NCBI RefSeq assembly: GCF_018977255.1
Contig: NW_024704742.1
Span: 14,138,001 to 14,202,000 of the forward strand
DNA length: 64,000 nucleotides
Direction of reading: 5' to 3'
Source: Callorhinchus milii
Lineage: Eukaryota
Under the pieces are notes generated by a model. The model worked only from the letters and a program-made list of their open reading frames with translations, was not told where the DNA came from and did not search any database. Below are positions 25,715 to 38,389 of the stretch, piece by piece. A program made the translations under genes and the position numbers. Position 1 is the first letter of the stretch; each line of letters opens with the position of its first letter.

Positions 25715-26130
25715 CAACATCAACAACTTGCATTTATACAGAGCTTTCATGTAGGGTGATGTCTCAGATCGTTTCACAATGGTGGGATTAGACACCATGC
25801 AAGAGAGATAAGGGAGGTGACCATAGGCAACGAAGAGGTAGATTTTAAGGTAGGATTTAAGGATAGATCGAGAGGGGCGAGGTGGAGAAATAAAGTCAGG
25901 AAGTTCAGAGGTTAGGAGCATAGTGATAAGCCACAGCCACCGATAATGGCACAGAGGAGGGACCAGGTTAGCTGAACGGAGGGGGCGAGCAGAAGAGTAT
26001 GCTACTAGAAGGTTAGAGAGGTGCAAGGGTGTGAAATGATTTACATGTGAGGTAAGGACCTTAAATTTGATCTGTTTAAAGACAGGAAAATAGTGGAGCT
26101 TGGCAAGGATTGTTGCAATGTTTGAAAGGA
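25715..26130 (-). mobile_element. Old L2 3' fragment
   Basis: (CAA)n-CTTGCATTTATA tail and a degenerate L2 C-terminal frame (LSNLLVAYSSARPLRSA). Confidence 0.65.
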
Positions 26131-26962
26131 TATAACTTATTTTGAATGTAGTGACTATTCCTATGTAGAGAAACAGCAGCTAATCTGTGGCAGCAAAGCA
26201 GCACATTAATGATCAATTAATCGGCTTTTCATTAATTTGGGTGGAAGAGGAAACAGTAGACAAGATTCTAGGATAATTCCTTACAGTTCTTTCAAATAGC
26301 TGCACTCTTGGTATAATCTACTCTGAAAATATACATCGAAAGAATTTGTGTTGAACCAGTGTAATTATTGTGCTGGACTGGCATAACCTTTAAAGTATAA
26401 TGAGAGTTATGTGGTTGTGATTTTAGCAAGAGAGGTTCTGCAAGATCACCTCATTGAGTGGTGTGAAGTAAACATTTCAAGCTTTACATGTGAAGTTTGA
26501 GATATTTTGGTGCAACACAGTGGACTGCCCTCAAACTGTTGAAATTTATCAAAGAGCCAATGTCCCACCAGCTCTCTACTTACAGCAAACACTCAGTGAC
26601 GTATGGATGCTGGTGGGCAGAGCTCAGTGCGCACACATAGGCTGACATTGCTTAAACTTTTTGAGTGGGATGTGATACTGAGCAGTCAATGTAGCTCCTT
26701 GCTGCTGACTTGCACCTCTCTGCTACAGATATAACTGAGCCATCAGTTTGCCTCAGAATATTCAGTGGTCATTAAAATAATTAGACAATCTGTACATTAT
26801 GAATTCCCCTGGATTTTCAGCAATTTTGAATCCACTTTACAATTTTTTTAAATGTTAATTTTGTGCCAGTGTTTTAGACATCCGGTGCACAAGAGCCTAA
26901 CTGACAGCAGTAGTTACTGCCAAAAACTACAGCTCTTAAAAGAGGTGGTGCAAAACCAGACT

Positions 26963-27255
26963 ATAATAATAATAATAATCCTTGCATTTGATATAGCGCT
27001 TTTCACATCTTCCAGATGTCTCAAAGCACTTCACGGAATATACTGTAAAGTGAATTGACTGTATATTTGTGGGTGAAACGCGGCAGCCAATTGCTCACAG
27101 CAGTGTCCCACAAACATTCGTGGATTGAAGTGACCAATTTATTGTTTTTTTTCTTGAGGAATTATTATCAGGCATGTGGAGTAAGGAAACTTGGCCAAGG
27201 TTTTGCCCTGCTGGGAATCGAACCCAGGTCCTCTCGTTTGCTAGGCGAGTGCTCT
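26963..27255 (-). mobile_element. tRNA-derived SINE, slightly 5'-truncated
   Basis: Similar to 25318-25640; tail variant GAGACATCTGGAAGATGT. Confidence 0.9.
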
Positions 27256-27776
27256 ATGTAATAAAGTACATGTAATAGACTATGTAATAAAGTACATGCA
27301 TAAGCATTAGTCCGGATTAGTGCAGTTGATTCAATCTGAATACATGATAATGTGTACTCCCAGGAGTAATTTACAGTACAATTTGATTGTTGCATCAAAA
27401 ATACCAGCTTTGCTTTTGGTTAATATCATGCTCTCGAAGAATAAATAGCATTTTAATTCCAGCAATTGTTGTAACTGCTCAATGGGTTTGACTACTCAGT
27501 TTTTAACTGGGCTGGTCCTTCAATGTAAGTTACTGTTTTAGGGATGACAAACATCAAACAAAATGATGAATGGTACAGGATTGCAGCCTTCAGCATTCAG
27601 TCTCAGACTGGTGTTTGTCATCCTGTTTTGTTATATTAGATTTTTATACATATATTTTTCTTGGGTGAGACTTTATTGTCAAAGTAGGAAAAGATGCTTA
27701 AAAATAAAGAGAAATAAATAATAGATGATCATAACCGATATGAATGTTATCTGGCCATTTCTTATTGTTAGTACCC

Positions 27777-28092
27777 TGTGGAGTCCTGTAGCTCAGTGGT
27801 TAGAGCACTCGCTTTGTAAGCGAGAGACCTGAGTTCAATTCCAGGCAGAGGGCGAAACCTTGGGCAAGTTTCCTTACTCCACACGCCTAATAATAATCCC
27901 TCCAAAACCAAAAACAATAATAAATTGGTCATTTTCAATCTACGACTGTTTGTGGGACACTGCTGAACGCAATTGGCTGCCGCGTTCGCCCACAAATATA
28001 CAGTCAATTCACTTTACAGTGTGTTCTGTGAAGTGCTTTGGGACGTCCTCCCAACGTGAAAAGCGCTATATCAAATGCAAGGATTATTATTA
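27777..28092 (+). mobile_element. Full-length tRNA-Ala-like SINE, short young form
   Basis: A box 27789-27799, B box 27831-27842, CCTTGGGCAAGT, CTGTTTGTGGGACACTGCTG..AATTGGCTGCCGCGTT, and tail GGGACGTCCTCCCAACGTGAAAAGCGC..(TTA)n. Confidence 0.93.
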
Positions 28093-28941
28093 CCCAAATA
28101 ATTCTAAAGTTTGTCATGGTCATGTGAGTGTATTCTAAATAATAATAATAAGAAGAATAACAACAATAATAATAATCCTTGCACTTGATAAACCACTTTA
28201 TCAATGCATCAGAACATCTGCCTCAAGCACCTCACAGTAATTTTACTCATTCTGAAACTGTAGGAGAAAGTAAATATACAAAATGAAACTCTGCAATTAA
28301 CCCTTACGCCCAGATAAATCCCATTGTTTTCATGGTGTATTGTGCTTTTGGGTTACCCCAGGAGAAAGTTGTGCATTACATTTTTATAAATATGCTTTGT
28401 TTTACCATAGCAGGAAATTAGTTCAGACAACTGACCTTTGAAAGAATAGAATTAATCTCAGCCCGCTCTCGCTTATTATGGCTACTATTCAGGTTCAGTG
28501 AGTATCACACACTGGAATGAAGAATCGAGAACTTTCAGTCCTCAAAAGGTTTGGGGTGCATGGATGGAATTGGGATGATTTGCTATTACAATCAGCAGAC
28601 AACGTAGAGATTGTCTGCTTTGTTCTTGAGGGTTGCCCACTGTGAATAGACAGCGGTACAGCTTTTGATCTGCTTCAGCTTATTCTAAGAATGCAGACTT
28701 TTAACACAAATCAATGTCCAGTCCGTTTGCCAATTAGATCACTTGTTTCTGTTAACCTATTAAATAGGGGGTCACATCTCCCAGGCAAATCAGTCAATTT
28801 TACAAACTTACTGAGTCTGAAGAAATGTTCTTGAGCAGGAATTTGAAACCTGACTTTTTCTTCTGCAATATTTACTCTTCCTCTCTTGAAAGCAATTGAC
28901 TCAGTGATTCCACTCAATGTCATTTCAGTTAGATAAATTCT

Positions 28942-29145
28942 AGCAGTACCCTAACATATACTCTGGGGTCCCCAAACCTTGGGTCTTGCTAACCTGCACC
29001 TAATACTCTCTGGAATTAGCTAAGCAGAGTCTGACCCTTCAGGGAGAGAGTGCGCATTCTGTTGCAGAACGGGAAATTTCTATGTGTAGGCCGCATAATT
29101 ACGTGGAACTCTCAGTCTGGTGGTAAGAATGGTGGTGGTTTTCCG
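28942..29145. repeat. Unclassified interspersed repeat, copy B
   Basis: AGCAGTACC..AACCTGCACCTAATACTCTCTGGAATTAG..ATGTGTAGG..GGAACTCTCAG matches 4430-4650. Confidence 0.7.
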
Positions 29146-29187
29146 TGTGTTACAGATAATCAGTAATCAAAAAATATATGATCGGTC

Positions 29188-29507
29188 AATAATAATAATA
29201 ATAATCCTTGCATTTGATATAGCGCTTTTCACGTCGGGAGGACGTCCCAAAGCGCTTCACCGAACACACTGTAAAGTGAATTGACTGTATATTTGTGGGC
29301 GAACGCGGCAGCTAATTGCGCACAGCCATGTCCCACAAACAGTCGTAGATTGAAAATGACCAATTTATTATTGTTTTGGGTTTTGGAGGGATTATTATTA
29401 GGCGTGTGGAGTAAGGAAACTTGCCCAAGGTTTCGCCCTGCCTGGAATTGAACTCAGGTCTCTCTCACTTGCAAAGCGAGTGCTCTAACCACTGAGCTAC
29501 AGGACTC
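29188..29507 (-). mobile_element. Full-length tRNA-Ala-like SINE, short young form
   Basis: Near-identical to 25318-25640 and to the reverse complement of 27777-28092. Confidence 0.93.
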
Positions 29508-30034
29508 AAACACTATCAAATATATCAAACACTAAGTTAAGTTTAGGTACTGTATTTTTCAAAGACAAATGTGGCAGCCATTTCCACCAGCAGGGTCCCA
29601 CAAACAGTCACGAGGTGAAAGACCAGTTAATGTGAAAGTTTGTTGGCCAACACATTCGAAGAAACTTAACTCTATTTGAATAGTGTCATAGAACCTTACC
29701 ATCCATCTAAAAAAGCAGACAAAACCCAACATGGGTCTTCAACCCGTAGCATTTATGGGTTCTGTCAGAGATGAGATCAAATGGGTTACAGGATCCTCTT
29801 CCTCTGTACCTCTTTTATGCCTTTCTGAACACGGAGTAAACTGAGATTAGAACCAGAGACTTTGTGGCCTAGTATTGTACTGTGCAATTCCCTCATAAGT
29901 CTGACTTTTCACAATAATTAAGTGATGAAGGAACACACACCAACTGGGAGGCTTTACAAAGAGAGAGAGCTGAATGTGAATATTTTTTGTTTGGTCAGAC
30001 AGATATTGTACGATACTCATCACAATGCTTACGA

Positions 30035-30630
30035 GTATCCAAACTATCCTGATGTTTCCACTTATAAATACAATCTACATGTGGAAATGTCCCTGTGTCT
30101 GGAATGGACTGCACACTTTCTTCCTGCACATCTTGCTTACCTAACTATTAGGCTCAGGTTGGCAAGATCTAAGCTTTGGATTCCCCAGAATGTTGTTGGG
30201 GTACTGCTGGGGTTTAACTAGCTAAAACCACATAGTTTGGCATTGGTTGATTATCTCAAACCATCCTACCTGTTGGGGCTTTGGCTTGCAGAGTTCACGG
30301 AAACTGAGTCAGAAGAATCCCTGCTCCCAGTGATTGGTCCAACCCTCCAAATTCTGCCAATGAGCCAGTGTGTCATTTGCAGTAGCTCAGAGTACAGTGG
30401 ACCCATCCTGATGTAGGAACTGGATTTACAATGAGTGTCTCAGAGGATTGAGTCAGTTCCAACATTCTATTTTCAGGCGCATTACCTTGGAACTCAGCTC
30501 TAAGGAGTTCTTGCTTACCCCCAGCCCCACCACACACACACACACAACACCCAGGACTAGGTTAACTAGTTGGGTCTTTCAAATCTGACATCCACAGGTT
30601 TGAGTCTTGACATCCACTAGGTCAGCAACT
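30035..30630. repeat. Unclassified interspersed repeat, copy C (opposite orientation to A and B)
   Basis: GGTACTGCTGG..AACTAGCTAAAACCACATAG..TTGGCTTGCAGAGTT..CTGCCAATGAGCCAG is shared with copies A and D. Confidence 0.7.
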
Positions 30631-33209
30631 GGCGGATCCAATAATCACTGCAGTAACAATGCATTGAAAGTGGTGATGTCCATTAAGCAACCATGACAAG
30701 AATTATACTAGTTAACGTATAAGACAACAACAACAGCAACAACTTGCATTTATATAGCACCCCTCACACAGGTAGCATCCCAGAGTGCTTGACAGTGGTG
30801 GAGCATGACGACGAGCTGGGGGAAGCACTCACATTAGTGATCTCTTCAAAAGAACTGCCAACAGGGAAATTAAGAGTAACAAGAGAGCAAATCTTTTTTT
30901 ATATTGTGAGTCCTTTGACAATCTGAATCTGTGCATGAATGCAACTGTACTTCTGAGCCTCCAGACAATTGTTTTTAACATTGATTGCCTGTCAAGCTCA
31001 ATTGATATTAGTTTTGCAATCCTGCAACTATTAAGATCTGTCCTGTCAAAGATGCAAAGCAATTTTTAATCCATGGAAACTGGGACAAGACATTACCTGG
31101 AAGTAACGTCCTCGACAGATCCTGATGATGTGGACTGCCTCTTACCAAGATAGTAAAGTATCAGTTGACTGGAAGAGTGTGAGGAAATCAAGAGACTCAA
31201 CAGGGAGAAGCATTCTTTACTATCTTCATAAAATACAAACTCTTGCATCGAGAAGTGCTGTCCATTCAAGATATGATAATGCACTTATTTGACATAGAGA
31301 TATATTTATATAATTGCTCTGAGATGCAACCCCATGTGATGCGCGCTATACAAATGCAAATTGTTGTTGATGTCGACTGCATTTTGAGATTTTATTGATA
31401 ACATGTAATGATGGCTGTAGCACAAGTAAACACTTGAAAGTGGGTGCATAACATTGATACATCACACAGAGTGGTGAATTTATTTTGCTCTGAAGATCAA
31501 GCCTTCAGCCACAGTCTCTAGAAACTCTCCTAAAGTCCCTCTGCCTTGTGCCTTCTTTTCCTGTCTTAAAAACCCTCTTAAAAACGTATTGCTTTGACGG
31601 TGGTCAAACCCTCAAATTCATCCTTCCTTTCTTCTATGTTAAATGATCCCCATTGTTGCTTTGAAGCACTTTGAGACATTCATCCTAAGTGAAAGGCATT
31701 ATACAGGTAAGCTGTGTTATGTGAAATAGACCTGGCAGCGTTTATAAGAGGGAATTAGATAGATATTGACAAAAAAATTGGATTGAGAGTTATGAGAGAT
31801 CATGTAGAGTAGAATTTTCACTTTGGGACCGTCCAGATGGACTCGATGGTCTTTTCTGGTCTTATACATTCCTTATTCCTACACATGTATGAGCAAAGGG
31901 ACCCTCTTCATAGTTGACTTCAGGTTATGCTCCATGATTGGAACGTCCTCCTGACATGAACAGTGCAATACAAATGTAATTTGTTGTTTGTTGTTGTTAT
32001 TGGCAACGTCTTTATTTAAGCCTTGGAGAGCGTGGATTTTTTGTCAAATGTTGGTCTAAAAGTAATTTTAAAAGCAAACATTTAAATTTGAAAGCTAGCA
32101 GCTATGAATAAAAAATCAGGCCTCTGGCTAAAATACAAAAAAAATAGTCATTAAGGATGGACTTAAAGAACACATTTTTAGACAGTTTTTGTATCTTTCC
32201 TTAAATGCTGGCTATAAATAAACACCAGAACGAATCATACCGCATACATTTGATTGCATAAATACAAGTTGAAATCTGTGGCGTTTCATGATGCATTTGA
32301 TATGCTAATTACCACATTGATCACATTATGAAATTCCACAATTTATTTTGATATCATGATCATTAAACATTCCCACCCCCCACCCTGACATTCTCATATT
32401 GGATGCACTCGTTTTCATACTTTTTTTAAAAAACAAATTGATGTCATCTGTAAATTTTAGGATTTGGAGTTTGATTTGAGCCCTGAGGTAGTATTTGATT
32501 GCAGTTTCATAGCATTTCAGTCTGAATTAAGTCAGGACTTTACTTTTGCTACACTCAAATGACGATCTCTGAAATCGGGGCAGATTTTAGCACAGAGATG
32601 TCCTCGGGCACAACCATCGTTATTCCAAAAGTATTATGTAACACCACAGATGTCACCACTATTTTTTCACAAATTTCCATGGAATTTTATAATTTTGAAT
32701 TGGCTACAAGATTACTATGACACATGCAGAGAGAGATCACTTGTATTTTAATTTCGAAAATTTTATAGAAATTTCAGGGCGCGAATTATTTCCAGTATCG
32801 CGAGTCCACATACACAAATATATACACACACATAGAAAAATATCTAACAGGAACAACATTCTTCCCAGTCTGACATTATCAGTCTTGACAAAATAATCCT
32901 TAGAAGTAGAAATAGGGAGAAAATATTTCCATTATCTCATGGAGTTACTGTTACTGCCTCAAAGCAAAATTTAACCCAGGAAGAAGTGATCCTCCACCTG
33001 TTTTTAAATGTGGCAGCTAACTGCACATGCAGATACATTTATAAGTTATCAGAATGCAATTATAATCAGAAATGCTATTAAATGTGTGAACCACCAAGGT
33101 GGATACATTTAAGCATAGAATAAATAATGCTCCCGTTCCCTTCCCATTTTCAGGATACTGTGGTTAGTACCATTCCACCATACCATTCCATTGTAGATTT
33201 GCCTCACAA

Positions 33210-33570
33210 GAACAACAACATGAATTTATATGGCACCTTTCATGTAGGATAATTTCTCAGAGCACTTCACAGTGGCGATGTAGGACATCGAACAAGAGAA
33301 AATGGGGAGGCAGAGGTGACCCTAGGTGCGGTCAAAGAGGTATTATTTAACATCTTGCATTTATGTAGTCCCATTCATGTGTCTTGGAGCGCTTAAAAAT
33401 AATTTAAAAACAAATAGAAAAGTGGATGAAAGGCAGAAGGATAGAGGCAGAGAGGTTGAAAGGTATGGGCATAGTGACTAAAGGCTCGACCACCGATGGT
33501 GAGGAGGGGGTGGGAGACCTGCAGAGGACTTGTGTTAACTGAGCAGGGGAGTAAGTAGAATAGTGAAGTG
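33210..33570 (-). mobile_element. Old L2 3' fragment(s)
   Basis: AACAACAACATGAATTTATATGGCACCTTT tail, GCGGTCAAAGAGG and GACTAAAGGCTCGACCACCGATGG. Confidence 0.6.
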
Positions 33571-33584
33571 TGACTGCTGCTAGT

Positions 33585-36452
33585 GATGCGGCCCTGCTAA
33601 TAAAGGATGGGATAAAAACAGTAGAGAGGAAAGATTTTAAATCAGAAAAGCAGGAAGTAGAGTCAGTATGGGTAGAGGTACGTAACAACAAGGGGCAGAA
33701 AACTCTAGTGGGAGTAGTTTATAGACCCCCAAACAGCAATCACAGTATCTCTCAAGGTATAAATCAGGAAATTAGCAGAGCATGTAGCAAAGGAAAAACA
33801 TTAATTGTGGGTGATTTTAATCTGCACATAGATTGGGACAACCAAATTGGGAAAAGTATGATAGAGGATGAGTTTATAGAATGTATTAGGGATAATTATC
33901 TAGATCAGTATGCCAAGGAGCCAACCAGGGAACAGGCCATATTAGACCTTGTTTTGTGCAATGAAGCAGGGCTGATCAGCAAACTGGAAATTAAGACTCC
34001 TCTAGGGCAAAGTGATCATAATACGATGGAATTTAGCATTAAGTTAGAGAGAGAAATAGTTAAGTCCGAAGCAAAGGTTTTAAATTTAAGTAGAGCCAAT
34101 TTTGCTGGTATGAGAGAGGATTTAGCCAAAATAAACTTTTGACCGTGCCTTCAGCTCATCTCTCGACTCTCTACCCCCTCCTTGCTCCCTCCCTTCCCTC
34201 CCCTCACCCTGACCATTTCCCCCCTGCTCGGGTCCTGACCCAACTGTAAAGCGCCTTGGGACGTCCTCCCAACGTGAAAGGCGCTCTATAAATGGAATCT
34301 TGTTGTTGTTGTTGAAATTAGACTTAAGGATTTGACTAAACCAGCAATGGCAGACGTTTAAGGAGATAGTGCAAAATTACCAGCAAGCATGTATTCCTTT
34401 GAGGAATAAGAATGCCACGGGAAAGGTGGCCCAACCGTGGCTAACTAGAGCAGTTAGGGAAAGTATAAAGTTAAAGGAAGAAGCCTATAAAACAGCTAAG
34501 ACGAGTAGTAAACTTGAGGATTGGGAGAACTTGGGAGATCAACAAAGGAGAACCAAAAAAGTGATTCAGAGGGAGAAAATGGAATATGAGGGCAAACTAG
34601 CGAGGAACATAAAGACAGACTGCAATAGTTTTTATAAATATATAAAGAGGAAAAGACTGTCAAGGGTAACTGTGGGTCCGCTACAGGCAGAGATGGGGGG
34701 AATTATAGTAGGGGACAAAGACATGGCAGAGTCATTAAACAAGTACTTTGCTCCTGTCTTCACCTTAGAAGACACTGAAAACCTACCAAGAATAGAGGGG
34801 CACCAAGAAGAAAATGTTAGCGAGCAACTTGGAGGAATTAATATTAGTAAAGAAATGGTTTTAGGTAAATTATCAGGTCTTAAAACTGATAAATCTCATG
34901 GACGATGGCCTACATCCTAGGGTTTTAAAAGAGGTTGCTACTGAGATAGTGGATGGCTTGTCTTTGATCTTCCAAAATTCTCTGGATTCTGGAATGGTTC
35001 CCATTGATTGAAAGATTGCAAACGTGACACCACTATTTAAGAAGGGTGGGAGAGAAAAGATGGGGAACTATAGACCAATTAGTCTGACTTCAGTGGTAGG
35101 GAAAATTCTTGAGTCCTTAACTAAGGATGTCATTATAGGATTCCTGGAAGACCATAACAAGATTAGGCAGAGTCAACATGGCTTTAGAAAAGGGAAGTCA
35201 TGCTTAACTAATCTTTTAGAGTTTTTTTAAGATGTAGCTAGCAGGTTAGATAGGGGGGAATCAGCAGATGCAGTATATTTAGATTTTAAAAAGGCATTTG
35301 ACAAAGTGCCACAAGGTTAAGGCCCACGGGATTAATGGGAACATATTAGCATGGATTGAAGAGTGGCTAACGGGTAGAAAACAGAGAGTAGGGATAAACG
35401 GGTCATTCTCAAATTGGCAGGATGTGACTAGTGGAGTGCCACAAGGATCAGTGCTTGGGCCGCAGCTATTTATAATTTACATCAATGATCTGGACGAGGA
35501 CATTGAATATAACGTATCTAAATTCGCAGATGACACTAAACTAGGTGGGAGAGTAAGCTCTGAGGATGATGCAAAAAGATTGCAATGGGATATAGATAGG
35601 CTAGGGGAGTGGGCGAGTAGGTGGCAGATGGAATTTAATGTGGGGAAGTGTGAAGTTATTCACCTAGGTAGAAAAAATAGAAAAACAGATTATTTTCTAG
35701 AGGGGGAGAGATTAGATAGTGTTAGTGTGCAGAGGGATTTGGGTGTCCTTGTACACCAGTCTCAAAAAGTTAGTTTGCAGGTGCAGCAAGCAACTAAGAA
35801 GGCGAACGGCATGTTAGCGTTTATTGCAAAAGGTTTAGAGTACAAGAGTAAGGAAGTCTTGCTGCAACTGTATAGGGCCTTGGTGAGACCACACCTAGAG
35901 TATTGTGAGCAGTTTTGGTCTCCTTATTTAAAAAAAGACATACTTGCCCTGGAGGGGGTGCAGTGTAGATTCACTCGGTTAGTTCCTGGGATGAGGGGAC
36001 TGACCTATGAGGATAGGCTGAATAAACTAGGGCTATATTCTCTAGAGTACAGAAGAATTAGGGGAGATCTTATTGAAACATATAAGATTCTTAAAGGGCT
36101 GATAAAGTAGACACTGAGGGTCTGTTTCCCCTGGTGGGAGAATCTATAACCAGGGGACACAGTCTTAAAATTAAGGGTCAGCCTTTTAGAACAGAGTTGA
36201 GGAAATATTTCTTCACTTAGAGAGTAGTGAATTTATGGAATTCACTACCCCAGAAGGCTGTAGATGCTCAGTCCTTGAACATCTTCAAGACTGAGACTGA
36301 TAGATTTTTAAAAAACAGAGGCATTAGGGGATATGGGGTCAGGGCAGGTAATTAGAGTTAGGTCTGAAGATCAGCCATGATCTTATCGAATGGCGGGGCA
36401 GGCTCAAGGGGCCGAATGGCCTACTCCTGCTCCTAATTCTTATGTTCTTATG
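33585..36452 (+). mobile_element. CR1 LINE, about 2.9 kb, 5'-truncated; ORF2 (EN + RT) with stops/frameshifts and an intact 3' end
   Basis: VYRPPN/VGDFN/SDH endonuclease motifs; NYRPISLTSVVGK, QHGF, GVPQGSVLGP, SKFADDTKLGG and RPHLEYC; 3' end GGCCGAATGGCCTACTCCTGCTCCTAA(TTCTTATG)2. Confidence 0.95.
34137..34314 (+). mobile_element. Young L2 3' UTR fragment inserted into the CR1
   Basis: Matches the reverse complement of 2709-2895 and ends in (TTG)n. CR1 sequence resumes with AAATTAGACTTAAG. Confidence 0.9.
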
Positions 36453-37762
36453 AATGGAAAAGACCAGTTTATCTAGTTATGATGGGGCAGATACACTGAA
36501 AACTATCAGGAATATGAAAATTGACTCCAACGGCTGTTTGTCATTACTGAATCAATCTATTGCATAAGCAGCTCAGTCTTTGATACATAAAAATACATCT
36601 GAATCTGAACCACTTGGGCTGCTGCTAGCAAATAAGTGAATATATTGCAGTCCCCTGAACCTGATCACACCTGCGTAGGTCAGGGGATAGCAAGTGAGAA
36701 CTTTTGACTGAATGCAATTTTTGACAATGTGAATATTTATAACCTGCAAGTATAGTCATGTGCCCCTGCCTGCTCTTAAATAACTCTTACCTTTAAAAGC
36801 TTATAAATGCATCAAATGGAGAGCCAACATGCATTGCTTGGAGGAGCCAGGCAGAATAGAATTTCCTCCCCCCTTCCCCAACTATCATGACAGTATTTGA
36901 GATAAAAGAGAGCTGTGGGGGTTAGCATGTGCTCTTCACTGGCTGTAACTAAGTTTTCATTTTATGCATTTTATGCATCTTATGCGATTTCTCATTATAA
37001 ATTTACTACAGCTAGTTTGCGTACCCCATGATAATCCCATTCGGTATCAGATTTCAGCTTTAGGAAAATAAGGGCTCTTTCCCCTCCCAGACTACAAACA
37101 AGATATTTTCAATGAAAATATAGACTTAGAAATAGCTCCATAAGGAAACACCTTGGTGTAAGAAGTAATACACAAAGCATATCTTCTCTTTAATGATAAA
37201 CAGTAAATGCCGGTGCAGACACAATTGGCCGAATGGCCTCCTTTGTGTTGTATAATTCTGTGAATTCAATTGGAGTGGAACAGAAATAAATCTCTTGTAA
37301 ATTGCTTCCTGAAATTGCGTTTGAATGACCCCAGTGTTTCTTTTCGGCTGTTGCCCACGTGAAATTAACCACTTGTCTTCATGCGACTATCTTTAGCTAG
37401 GGCAGTGGCTTATTTCAGGGCACCGGCATCTTTATGGATGCTTCATATACCAAACTACGGTCAAATTGCCGAAATGCCTATGGCAGGGTGAAAGAAAATG
37501 GACATCAGCAGTGAATTGCAATCCTCAAGTGCATTGCTCTTCTCTCAGAAGCTGACACACTGGTAGCTGACGAGGTTCAGTACAAATAAAGGCAGCATTT
37601 CTGAGAGTCAGCCAAACTGGGACTTGGACCTGCAACCTGTGGTAAATCAAGATTGACAATAGCTTTCTGCTTTGCTACTAGACTGTTGTCTCTTTCACTA
37701 TTTTCATCTAAACTTCACACTTTGCCACACATCCTCATTTGTTAACATCAGAACCATTAGAT

Positions 37763-37990
37763 CAGTGATGGCTGGTGACCTTTTTGACAGGTGAGGCAAT
37801 CTAAGTTTGCCTAAACAAGCTATCTTATTGACAATGGGCCCTTCACGTATACACAATGCCTTGGCCTCTTTCCTGCTGGCCTTGCTCCCTAGTCAGTCCC
37901 GCCCCCCGCTGGCCAAGCCTAGCTCCCTGCGAGACACAGGAATTCTAGGTGAGGCAATGCCTCATTTGCCTCACCTGTCAAGTCACCACT
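37763..37990. mobile_element. MITE-like element with terminal inverted repeats
   Basis: TTGACAGGTGAGGCAA (37784-37799) is the perfect inverse of TTGCCTCACCTGTCAA (37966-37981), flanked by TGGTGAC/GTCACCA. Confidence 0.65.
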
Positions 37991-38389
37991 CTATTAAAGT
38001 TGATTGATAATTATATGTTTTGCCATGCTGAGTTCATCTAATTTCTCATTCTGGTGAGCACATCATCTAGAGAGGGCACAGAGAAGAAATGTCAAATTTG
38101 TCAGTTCAGGAAGAATTACAAATTCAAGAAGAATTACAAAAATTATGGGAAGAGGTTTTCAGAATGTTGAGATTGCATTGATACCAGCTTGCTCTGGGAG
38201 TAGATTAAAGATGTTAAGGAAGGTTATGGTTAAAGCAGGTTATCATCAATTATTCTCCCCACTAATGGAAAATCTGGGTTCTGTGGATTCTTGATACTTT
38301 AATGAACAACAACTTCATTACCTCTTGGGCAGTCTGCAGAGAGGGAAATAAAACACACACCCTTGAGATATTTGTTTTTGTTGGTCCAG

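Noticed and set aside
27780..27852. tRNA-Ala-like cloverleaf (also in the other SINE heads)
   Set aside because: It is the head of a multi-copy SINE, with an imperfect T arm and no oligo-T terminator directly after it; not a tRNA gene.
31093..31284. Minus-strand frame ending at CAG|GTAATG
   Set aside because: No convincing acceptor or recognisable peptide.
35298..36110. 270-aa reverse transcriptase ORF as a host or domesticated gene
   Set aside because: It is part of a CR1 with upstream stops, frameshifts and an L2 insertion.
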